Positions 37,717-47,559 of a stretch of 64,000 nt of DNA are shown piece after piece. Where the stretch lies: the NCBI RefSeq assembly GCF_006345805.1, contig NC_043024.1, forward strand, positions 5,766,001 through 5,830,000. The letters are read 5' to 3'. The first letter of the stretch is position 1; each line of letters starts with the position of its first letter. A program made the translations under genes and the position numbers. The notes below the pieces were generated by a model. It worked only from the letters and a program-made list of their open reading frames with translations. It made no database searches and was not told the DNA's origin. Source of the stretch: Octopus sinensis (taxonomy: Eukaryota).

Positions 37717-37916
37717 TTATTATTATTATTATTATTCAGGTCACTGCCTGGAATCAAACTCGGAATCTTGAGGTTAGTAGCCTGCGCTCTTAACCATTAT
37801 GCCATTTGCCCACAGGCATATGGCATAGCTTGATTCCAGGCAGTGACCTGAATAATAATAATAATAATATCGAGAAATACCTTAGGAATAGGAACCCAGG
37901 TTTGAAATTTTTCCAA

Positions 37917-37962
37917 GATACCTGAAGAAAGCTGGAGGGTATATCAGCCGAAACGTTGTGTT
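37917..37962 (+). ncRNA. Minimal type I hammerhead-like motif (degenerate mirror copy at 36342-36384 on -)
   Basis: GATAC-CTGAAGA-AA-GCTG[gagggtatat]CAGC-C-GAAA-CG-TT-GTGTT; palindromic ACGT stem III; the 10.1:11.1 pair is an A-C mismatch. Confidence 0.62.
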
Positions 37963-38214
37963 AACAACAAACAAGATGAGGACAAATATCCGTCGAATGT
38001 AATAATCTACATAATTCCTCATCTCTCCAATATCGAACTGTTTTGATTGAATTTTTATAATTCATAATGAAAAATGAAATTAATGATCAACTTTTGGTTT
38101 CTTTAAGTCAAAATCATTAACCTTAATATATCCATATGTGGTTACACCCTTCAGAAAAAGCTTAGTTGTGATTTGATCTCTCTCTGCTCAATAAGTTTGA
38201 GCCTTTGCACCAAG

Positions 38215-38515
38215 TAAAACAATGCTGAGTCAACCACTTATGCTTTATTCCTTATGGCCAGGTTCTAACCTGGGCCACAGCAGCAAAGTTCACCTGCCAC
38301 GCTACCTCGAGGTACTGGATACATTCCAGGCCAGTGTCTGCAATCAAGTTGTCAATATCTGACGACCTTTTCCTCTTCTTACATCTCCATGTAGTGGGTT
38401 CTACAAGACTAATTTGGATGCTTCTAGTTCAGGGTGGTCCTTGCAGTGACCAGATAGTCGCAGCCATCTTTACCTGATCTTCTTGATAACTTTCGGTCCC
38501 CATAAAGGCATTCAT
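38215..38515 (-). mobile_element. RTE/RTEX-like LINE 3' fragment, decayed
   Basis: With frameshifts it reads LYG..KL...GHC..HPELEASKLVL.EPLHGDVRRG...IDNLIADTGL. Confidence 0.6.
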
Positions 38516-38529
38516 TTGTCATGTATTCT

Positions 38530-38915
38530 CCGGTTTTCGAGATGGTTCTCTAATCTCCACGCACCCAGTGGAACAGGTGAGCCATGGCGGGACAGCACCT
38601 TATTGGCTGGGGGCTGCCCAGCTTGAGGCGGTCACGGTAGCTGTCCAACGAGACTTGATGGCCTCTCCCACTGACAGAGGTGACCCCTGACGCTCGTTTC
38701 CTCTGCCAATCGGATTGAGCTTATCACCGGTAACTGTCCCTTCCTGTGTTGTGTCAGAATCTTACGATACTGCTGGAGTGTCCTTTCCAGTCCTCTTCTG
38801 TTGAGCTACAAGGCCTGGGCAGGTTTGTATGAGGGATCAGCTATTGCCCATGCAGTTTGTCCCCCCCCCTCCACGCAGCTGGTAGCTCCAAGGGAACGAT
38901 GGGTCGATACAGCAC
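38530..38915 (-). mobile_element. Solo 5'-UTR fragment of the second RTE family
   Basis: Close match to 34720-35103 throughout. Confidence 0.9.
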
Positions 38916-39084
38916 CTTCATTAATTGTATCAGTTGCTGCTGCAATCCTTGTCGTTCTCATGGTTCCTTGAATTGTTGTTGTTGCTATTGTTGCAACTCA
39001 ACCATCCCAGCTAACAAGTCTTCCATATTTTATGGTTTTTTAAAGTTTGCACTATGAGATTTTTGTTTCTGTTTTTTTTTTTGT

Positions 39085-39725
39085 TGAGGAGTGGCTGTGT
39101 GGTAAGTAGTTTGCTTACCAACCACATGGTTCCGGGTTCATTCCCACTGTGTGGCACCTTGGGCAAGTGTCTTCTACTATAGCCTCGGGTCAACCAGAGC
39201 CTTGTGAGTGGATTTGGTAGACAAAAACTGAAAGAAGCCCATTGTATGTGTGTGTGTGTGTGTGTCTGTGTTTTTCCCCCCAACATCACTTGACAACCGA
39301 TGCAGTTGTGTTTATGTCCCCGTAACTTAGCAGTTCAGCAAAAAGAGACCGATAGAATAAGTACTAGGCTTACAAAGAATAAGTCCTGGGGTTGATTTGC
39401 TTGACTAAAGGTGGTGCTCCAGCATGGCCACAGTCAAATGACTGAAACAAGTAAAAGAGTAAAGAGTATTTAATTTTCCACATGAATTGCTCTTTTTCTC
39501 TTTTTTTACTCTTTTACTTGTTTCAGTCATTTGACTGCGGCCATGCTGGAGCACTGCCTTTAGTCGAGCAAATCAACCCCTGGTCTTATTCTTTGTAAGC
39601 CCAGTACTTATTCTATCAGTCTCTTTTGCTGAACCGCTAAGTGACGGGAACGTAAACACACCAGCATCAGTTGTCAAGCAATGCTAGGGGGACAAACACA
39701 GACACACAAAGACACACACACATAC

Positions 39726-39760
<35 letters not shown>

Positions 39761-39765
39761 CATAC

Positions 39766-39816
<51 letters not shown>

Positions 39817-39980
39817 TATATATACGACGTGTTTCTTTCAGTTTCCGTCTACCAAATCCACTCACAAGGCATTGGTCGGCCCGGGGCTATAGCAGAAGAC
39901 ACTTGCCCAAGATGCCACGCAGTGAGACTGAACCCGGAACCATGTGGTTGGTTAGCAAGCTACTTACCACACAGCCACTC
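39085..39980. mobile_element. Two SINE A copies tail-to-tail (39085-39466 +, 39508-39980 -)
   Basis: Inverted pair separated by about 40 bp. Confidence 0.9.
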
Positions 39981-41470
39981 TCAGTGTGAATGCCTTTTTT
40001 TTTTTTTTAACATTCCACATAAATTTGTTTTTCGTCATTGCCACTGTTGTATCTGTCTTTTAATGACAGTTGTTGCTCTGACAGATCTTGTTACATTCTG
40101 AAGTCGTCAATAGAATGCTTCTTTCTGGCACTGTACAACCCCTGGCACTGTACAACCCCCTTTTGTACAGTGTTATTATCCTCAAAGGTTGGATCTTTAC
40201 AACATCCACTCACTATCACAGTATAATTATCATGTCAGTACAGACACGACTATCAAAACAGTCTACACATACTCTCAACCTTTTGACCTCTCTGTCGACT
40301 GACTACTGGTCTATTTATAATGGCTGACTCCTACCACTTTTTACCAGGAGGGGTGTACAGTGTCACTAAACAACAGCATCCTACCTCTGACTGTTTTTAG
40401 GGCATCGTATCTTCTGACTCCCTTGTGGGTTCCAAATGAAAACCAGCCATGTAATTCAGGATACTAGTTTCCTTAATGTGTGCCCTATCCATTCAGGGTC
40501 AATAAAATAAGTACCAGTTGAGTATTGGGGTCCATGTAAACAATTTAATTATTCCTGGGTAAGGGTATAAAAAACTGCATCCCTCTGCCAAGTCATGTCA
40601 AACTAGTGCGGCAGGTTAGGCTTGTCAAACCAGTATGATCTCAAGTCAGTCTCTAGTGAAGAGAACAAAGCTGAGTTTTTCGTCCAGTAGTGGACTGACC
40701 ATAATCCAGTCCAATCCAAATCATTTGACATTGTACTGCAGGACCTGTTCCTCCACTGGTACCTACCACTTCTACCACAGATCTTTATTTCTAATTTTAA
40801 CCAGCCATGTAAATCTGAAGAATTTCTCTGGTCTTCAGAATGGGTGTCAGCCTTGCAGATTCATTTTGGATTTTTCTAAATTGCATCATAAGTTTCCCTG
40901 AGGGAAAGCCTTCCTCTCTCACCTCTTGGTTTTTGAATTGTCATCAATGCTTCTCTACCCTGTCCTTTCCTATGAAGGGCTGTAAGCTTTATGCAAACCC
41001 ATTTTTACTACTGGGATGAAGTGGCCCATATTGGTCTGGCCTCTATCCTTTGACCTGTCCAGCATGGAAGGCCTTATAAATGATCTTGCATTTCATTAAT
41101 AGAGTTCTCAAGGACATAAGTTACCACACTGCAACAAGGACTGGCCCTTGTGCTGGCATTTTTTTTCTTTTACAGTATTTTTACTCTTCGTACACTTATT
41201 GATAGGTTTTGCTGGTAAATCATTGAGTTGTCATATTTAATGGCCGCTGTTAGAATAAATTAAGATTAACACAAAATTACAGAAAATTCCCGACAAATAT
41301 CAAAATGCTCATGGCTCTGCAAATGGTGACTCAGTTGATTGTGGCTCAGCTGCCAGAGACTCAGCTGTTGACGGCTCATCTGTTTGTTGTTCAGCTGTTG
41401 GTGGTCCAAGTGTTAGTAACTCAGTTGTAGCGATCTGGTTATTAACGACACAAGTGTAGGCAGCTCACCT

Positions 41471-42175
41471 GTCGTTGTTGTTGTTGGTCACCTCAAGCAC
41501 CTTAGGATAACTCTCAGAAGCACAAGAGCTGCAGAAGGGAGACGAATAATCTCACTCATTGTAGCTCCTAGTTGGTGGATATAACGTTCCACCATCAGGG
41601 CCGGACATATCAGCCAGAGATAAACTGCAGATTCCACCCCCTCGTTACAGAGTCTGCATTGGTCTGTGTCACTGCATCCTGCCATCTTTAGCCACCGCCT
41701 GAGTGTTGGATGATGACCACCACTACAGAAGCGTATCATGTCTGTGAAATCTGCCTTCGAGGGGGCTGCTTCGGTTCTGTCATCCAGCTTCTTCTTGAAG
41801 ACTTCCTTCAGACGGGGGTGTTGAATTGGCGTTGGCTGGAATGTTCGAATAACTGCATGACGAATGGCTGTATCAGTGGTGGGATCCAGTTGTAGCAGCG
41901 CCAAGCCATGTTTCACCTGCATATCTGCGAGCTCATTGCCGCGGAGGTTGCAATGGTCCGGCACCCAGATCACCGTCAAAATCCTACCAGCTGCTACAAG
42001 GGCTGCTGTTTGTTGCAATTCTCTAATTGTCGGGTCTGGTGGGAACGGGTTGTCTACTGCTTCAACCAATGATTTTCAATTGCAGACTATAGCTTCGGAG
42101 GCCCAGTTGTCATTGGCCTTTAGTGACCGGAGGGTTTCGTTAAATGCTGCTCTCTCAGAGTGGAATGAGCTGCTG
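41471..42175 (-). mobile_element. RNase H-bearing LINE (I-group) 3' fragment with (CAA)n tail
   Basis: IWVPDHCNLRGNELAD (RNase H), QCRLCNEGVESAVYLWLICP (zinc finger), tail caacaacaacaac. Confidence 0.85.
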
Positions 42176-42954
42176 TGAGCACCAGTGTTGTTGTTTAGCA
42201 CCAGATCAACTTTGATCCAGCATACCTATGATTGGTGTTCTGGCCAGGATCATCACATTTTATTTTTACTCAATGTATCTAGGACTACATTTTCTGTCTT
42301 ACCTTTTTACAATGATAAGGTACAGTTGGAGAGGAATTTGGCTGCTATTTTATCAGGTCATGTGACCACATTGAGGCCTGTACTTCAGCTCTCATTATAC
42401 CAGTTTTCAGCATTTTCACCTGTTGGTAGTTCAACTGTCTGTAGATCATGACTCAGTTGTTACTAGTTGATCTGTTGATAGCTCAACAGTTGCTAGTTTA
42501 CCTGTTGATGGCTCAAATATTGGTAGGTCTGTAGTTGACATCCTTTCCTCTCTACCTTGTTATTTCCTGAAGACATCAGCTAACAGATGATCAATGTTAA
42601 CACCAAATATATTGACCTCACCAGTCTGAGATCAGTATTTTTGGACATGGGCTCTGTCCCTCTCATAACTAACCCATAGAGAAGAAACAAAATATCAGTG
42701 CTTGATATCTCTTTGGAATGTAACTGAGCCATTGATATTCCAGAAGCATTTAGCTAAGCTAATGGTAGTTTAACGATATTCATTTCGCACTGTGTTACAA
42801 ACACTCCATTGTCACTCTCATAGCAAATGCAATGAACCAGTAATTGATCAGTTACAAACTTGTAATTGACAACTCTATTGTTCAAAATCTACTCTATCAG
42901 ATGGTTCAGCAGGAAGTGTGACTCAACTGGTTGTAGTTAAAAAAATTGTTGAAC

Positions 42955-43290
42955 TTGTGGCTCAACTTGCAGGACTTCAATAGGTTGTGGCTCAACTTGC
43001 AGGACTTCGATAGGTTGTGGCTCAACTTGCAGGACTTCAATAGGCTGTGGCTCAACTTGCAGGACTTCAATAGGCTGTGGCTCAACTTGCAGGACTTCAA
43101 TAGGCTGTGGCTCAACTTGCAGGACTTCAATAAGCTGTGGCTCAACTTGCAGGACTTCAATAGGCTGTGGCTCAACTTGCAGGACTTCGATAGGTTGTGG
43201 CTCAACTTGCAGGACTTCGATAGGTTGTGGCTCAACTTACAGGACTTTAATAGGCTGTGGCTCAACTTGCAGGACTTCAGCAGGTCATGG
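42955..43290. repeat. 30-bp minisatellite x11
   Basis: ctcaacttgcaggacttc(a/g)atagg(t/c)tgtgg, units from 42961 to 43290. Confidence 0.97.
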
Positions 43291-43851
43291 CTCAAATGGT
43301 AGTAGTTCAACAGAGTGTAGTTGAACTGATGGTGATTCAGCTGGCTGTGGTTCACTCAGTTGTGGCTTAAATTGCAGTAGTAGTTCAACAGATTATGGTT
43401 GAACTGATGGTAGTTTAGCATATTGTGTCTCAACAGGCTGTGGTTCAGCTGGTTTATGGTTCCATTAGTGGCTACTAATACCTTGGTATTCTAGCAGTGT
43501 GTGTGTTATTTACTCTTGATTCTGTTGATTCATGGTTATGTTTTTAACTAAATAAAATAGAAATATTATTTTCTCAATAATACATGAAATACCGACATGA
43601 CTGTTGCACATGCTCTCCTAGTCACTAGTGTGTGTTATGTACTTGTGTGCATTGGACCCCCCCCCCCCACACACACACGCCATGGTTTAAATCCTGTCCT
43701 GTATGAGATTGCCTGAAATTGTAAATCAATTCTAAAACATAAGAAGGTTGACAGTTAAATGTACACAGTCAATGCATTGCAAGATTGAAAATAGTAAAAA
43801 GGTGAATACTCAAAAAGTAAATACTTAAGTCCAGAGATCAAACTCATACAT

Positions 43852-43936
43852 ATCCTGCAGCTGTTTCGGGGAAAGGTTCAGAATGAGTGAACTACTTGTA
43901 CCCATCTCAAATATATACATTTCCTTCATCAGGGAT
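43852..43936 (-). ncRNA. Degenerate minimal hammerhead-like motif next to the Penelope RT fragment
   Basis: ATCC-CTGATGA-A-GGAAA...TTTCC-CC-GAAA-CAGCTG-CA-GGAT; palindromic stem III; U16.1 replaced by C. Confidence 0.55.
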
Positions 43937-43949
43937 TATTTGAAAAGTT

Positions 43950-45130
43950 TTAAAAATGAGACATATGTACTCAGAGCCAGAGCTGGTTTCAGTCGAGTTG
44001 GTAATGAAAGGGTTAAATTCCTTAAAAACATTTATCCAAGCTTTTCTAGTCCTATTCACAGTTTGCAAAGGGGAGCCAGTTAATACAAATAATGTATCAT
44101 CCCTATATAATCCTCCTTTAATGTTAGGGAACTTTTCCGTTATTTTTGAGAGCAGAAATAAGCTGAACAAGTCTGTAACTTGTGCTGAATCCTATGATCC
44201 CATTGTTATATCAAAGTTATCTTGAAGGTCATTTTGTGTCCAGTTCTTATCCCTAAAAGATATCAATGTTTTCCTGCCAGTTATCATTATATGGTAAGAT
44301 AGCCTTAGACCTCTGAACAAAAGCAATTGCTTTATCCAACAAATTCAGTGATATAGATTGATAATAATTATTTATATCAAATTGTAGGAAATATGTTTTT
44401 CTTCTATCATTTACTGAGTAGAACCAAGTGATAACATCATCCATACTACTCCAAAGTGGTAAATTGACATTACTCTTTATGGTTGGGATAATTCTACCTT
44501 TAATAGATTTATTCTACCAAGGTCGGATTTTGATGGGCATATTAGTGGGCTTTCAAAGTTTTCTTTATGGTCCTGAAATGTAAAATGGGGTATCTTAGGA
44601 GTGTTACGGTTCAGTTCAATCCAATAATTTAAATTCTTCAATTAAAGCATAATGTTTTTTATTGATTATATTCAATTTATTATCAGTTTCTATTTTATAT
44701 TTAGTATTGACCTCTTTCAGGACAAAGTTGTTGCAGGAATCAACTGGAAGTGAGTAACAGTTTCCCCTTTTATCCGATAATATTTGAAGGTTTAGAGACT
44801 TTTCTTATATTTTAGAAATAATGTTTGATAGTTCCTTTTGAATAGTGTTTGTGGTTTTGGAAATTTTTGTTTGTTTAATGTGCTAATTAGATCCCTTTTC
44901 AAAGTTTAATAATGCAGGGTTATGGTGAGGATTTCTGTATGATTTCAGATTGTAATTATGCAGGCCATCATCTATGTGCTTTCCTTTCAGGTCATAAAGG
45001 AATGTTCTCCATCTCATCCTTTTCAAAAACTCACTGATCCTTTGCAATAATAATTCCATGTAGACATCCTTAAATGGAACTGGGAACAAGTTGGGTTGGA
45101 CGTCAGATGACGGCAGCGCTGCCAAAGTCC
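43950..45130 (-). mobile_element. Penelope-like element, RT half, decayed
   Basis: FLKRMRWR, FLQFDINNYYQSIS..LLDKAI.F, MGSYDSAQV.DL..LFLL...GLYRDD (Penelope RT). Confidence 0.85.
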
Positions 45131-45719
45131 AAAAATGGCAATTCCGCTCATGCCACTGTTATACGTCTTATTCTTTTTCTATTGATTTGTTCTGTGGTTT
45201 CTGCTAGAGGGGCAATTTGAACTTCTGTCCCCTTCTTTTTAAACATTTACATAAATTTCTTGAGGTTTTCTTTTTCTGTATTGATTTTCTTTTCTTTTTC
45301 CTTGCAACTTCTGTAAAGTTGAATTTTGGCAATTCTGCCTTTAACTTTTTTTTTTTTTTTGGTTCAGATGAACCTTCAGACACAGACAAGTAAGATATCG
45401 GTGAACCTTCAGTTGCCTCTATTTTCTCAATCAAAATTTTTCAAATAAAGTTTTTGGCTTAACGCCATAGACAATTGTTTGGGCTTACGCCCCACAAGTT
45501 GGCTAAACACCACAAAGTTCAATAGTTCAAATAACAACAATGATTCAATAACAATAATTCCCCCGCTGGGGTAATTAATAACAAGTTGCTTCTATGAAGC
45601 AATAAACAGTTTTCCCCTTCTTCCCCCAACAACTAAACAATCAAAACAAACGCGACTCACCGCAACAACAAGTATACAGAACAATCAAAAAGAATAACCA
45701 ACGCCAACCATATACTTTG

Positions 45720-46270
45720 CATTGTCTACAGAATATGGTAAATTCTTAACTTTAATATAATGAAGCAATCGTATGATCCCAGGATAACACAGCACTGCAT
45801 GAACACAGTACAGTTCCTTATCAGTCGTAGCTATGCAATAGGTGCGCGATGAAAGATTAGATGCAATATTAAAGTTCCCTTGGCGGTAAATGATATCAAA
45901 TTTATACTGGGCTTAGTTCGATTCGCCAACACATTATCTTTTCGTTTTTAGGTTTACTGCACTTTTGACAATTAAACATAAAAGCAACACCGTTTTGATC
46001 AGTTATTTCTGTGAAGTTACATCCAAGAAGAAAATGAGGCCATTTTCTCACAGATTCAATTGCTGTCGCCTCTTTTTCAATACTCACTTGGGTTGAGGAT
46101 TCTTGAAGAAATGTAACTGGCTTTCCATTTTGGTGTAAAATGCCAGATATAGCTACCTCTGATGCATCTGATTCTATTGAGAAAGGAAGGCTTTCATCAA
46201 TCACTTTTAAGGTAGCGTTTGCTATATCATCTTGTAAAGTTTTTAAACTTGACAAGGTTAGTTCACTCAA
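45720..46270 (-). mobile_element. Gypsy LTR retrotransposon fragment (RNase H to integrase zinc finger)
   Basis: PFSIESDASEVAISGILHQNGKPV.F, EKEA.AI.ESVRKW.HFLLG..F...TDQ, RWRIEL, then DIIYRQG.FN. Confidence 0.85.
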
Positions 46271-46392
46271 AGGAAAATATAAATCTTTAGGTAAATATAT
46301 TCAGTAAGAATATTATATACTGAATTTATGTTGACTGCTCCATTGTATAAAAATATTAATACTATTAAAGTATTTATATATTTAATACGAGC

Positions 46393-46441
<49 letters not shown>

Positions 46442-46662
46442 TATATATATAATAAAAGCAATTAAGATTCAAGTCAATTCTAATGAATTTACTTGAATGC
46501 GGTACTTAACTTAGATGCACCAGAAAACTATATGGTGTTAACCATACAGTAATGTGGGGTGATTATAAACGAGAAAGAAGCAACTGGCTACTCATTCATT
46601 ATTATCTCCAATACTTCACGAGTGTAGCCTCACCCACTAAGATGTTTGGAGAACTCATATGT

Positions 46663-46756
46663 GTTTTAGCTGATGAGTACGGGACACTTTCATCTGCTGC
46701 AATATTTGCAACTTTTAATAAAGCCTGTCTTTGTATGAAACAATTGTATTAAAAAC
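46663..46756 (+). ncRNA. Minimal type I hammerhead candidate, unit 1
   Basis: GTTTTAG-CTGATGA-GTAC(GGGAC)...(GTCTTT)GTAT-GAAA-CAATTG-TA-TTAAAAAC; perfect palindrome ACAATTGT; GUA cleavage after 46748. Confidence 0.7.
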
Positions 46757-47052
46757 TAATCCATTCTTGTTGCTTCTTTCTCGTTTATATATATATATAT
46801 ATATTATATATATATATATATATAATATATATATATATATAATAAAAGCAATTAAGATTCAAGTCAATTCTAATGAATTTACTTGAATGCGGTACTTAAC
46901 TTAGATGCACCAGAAAACTATATGGTGTTAACCATACAGTAATGTGGGGTGATTATAAACGAGAAAGAAGCAACTGGCTACTCATTCATTATTATCTCCA
47001 ATACTTCACGAGTGTAGCCTCACCCACTAAGATGTTTGGAGAACTCATATGT

Positions 47053-47146
47053 GTTTTAGCTGATGAGTACGGGACACTTTCATCTGCTGCAATATTTGCA
47101 ACTTTTAATAAAGCCTGTCTTTGTATGAAACAATTGTATTAAAAAC
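47053..47146 (+). ncRNA. Minimal type I hammerhead candidate, unit 2
   Basis: Identical to unit 1, offset +390; cleavage after 47138. Confidence 0.7.
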
Positions 47147-47172
47147 TAATCCATTCTTGTTGCTTCTTTCTC

Positions 47173-47213
<41 letters not shown>

Positions 47214-47502
47214 GGTGAATGAATTATCCTATGTTTATCATCAGCATGGAAAATTCATTTAACCGAAACCTGGGTAGCAAATTCACGTTAGAAACACGGT
47301 TGAAGCAACCTGTCCAAGGGTAGAAACTCCGGGTTCATGTGCAGAAATTTGTGTGTTGTATATGAATAAATGAAAGCATATACATACATAAGCATATACA
47401 TACATAAGCATATACATACATAAGCATATACATACATACGCATATACATACATACGCATATGCATGCATATACATACATATATATATATACACACACATA
47501 TG

Positions 47503-47541
<39 letters not shown>

Positions 47542-47559
47542 CCCATACAGCAAACCAAA

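Larger units (their letters stand above)
36270..38040. mobile_element. Head-to-head (palindromic) composite: tRNA-like head + (TAA)n + hammerhead-bearing body in each arm; left arm interrupted by R4 and a fold-back
   Basis: Left arm on -: head 37812-37735, (TAA)n tracts, body 36430-36270. Right arm on +: deleted head 37820-37855, (TAA)n, body 37870-38040. The two bodies are reverse complements. Confidence 0.75.
41300..43480 (-). pseudogene. Decayed coding tract for a P/E/Q/T/S-rich repeat protein, interrupted by a LINE and a family F repeat
   Basis: Minus frame: PAEPQPVETQ...(PIEVLQVEPQ)x11...; STTDLPIFEPSTGKLATVELSTDQL (42540-42450); TELLTLGPPTAEQQTDEPSTAESLAAEPQSTESPFAEP (41430-41310). Contains in-frame stops. 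Confidence 0.6.
46400..47205 (+). repeat. Exact 390-bp tandem duplication; each unit has a 21-bp IR pair and a hammerhead motif
   Basis: Units start aataaaagca at 46451 and 46841. IR tataaacgagaaagaagcaac (46564-46584) / gttgcttctttctcgtttata (46769-46789). Confidence 0.95.

Noticed and set aside
37735-37812. Functional tRNA genes (here and in SINE A/B heads)
   Set aside because: A/B boxes are present but there is no complete acceptor stem or cloverleaf, and they continue into repeat bodies.
42955-43290. CRISPR-like array, or LRR-like ORF (LWLNLQDFNR)n on +
   Set aside because: Units are contiguous with no spacers; the variation pattern favours the minus-strand PIEVLQVEPQ frame, not the plus frame.
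45200-45500. Tx1 ORF1 N-terminal fragment (FNFTEVA versus LNFTEAA)
   Set aside because: Similarity is limited to one short motif in low-complexity Lys-rich sequence.
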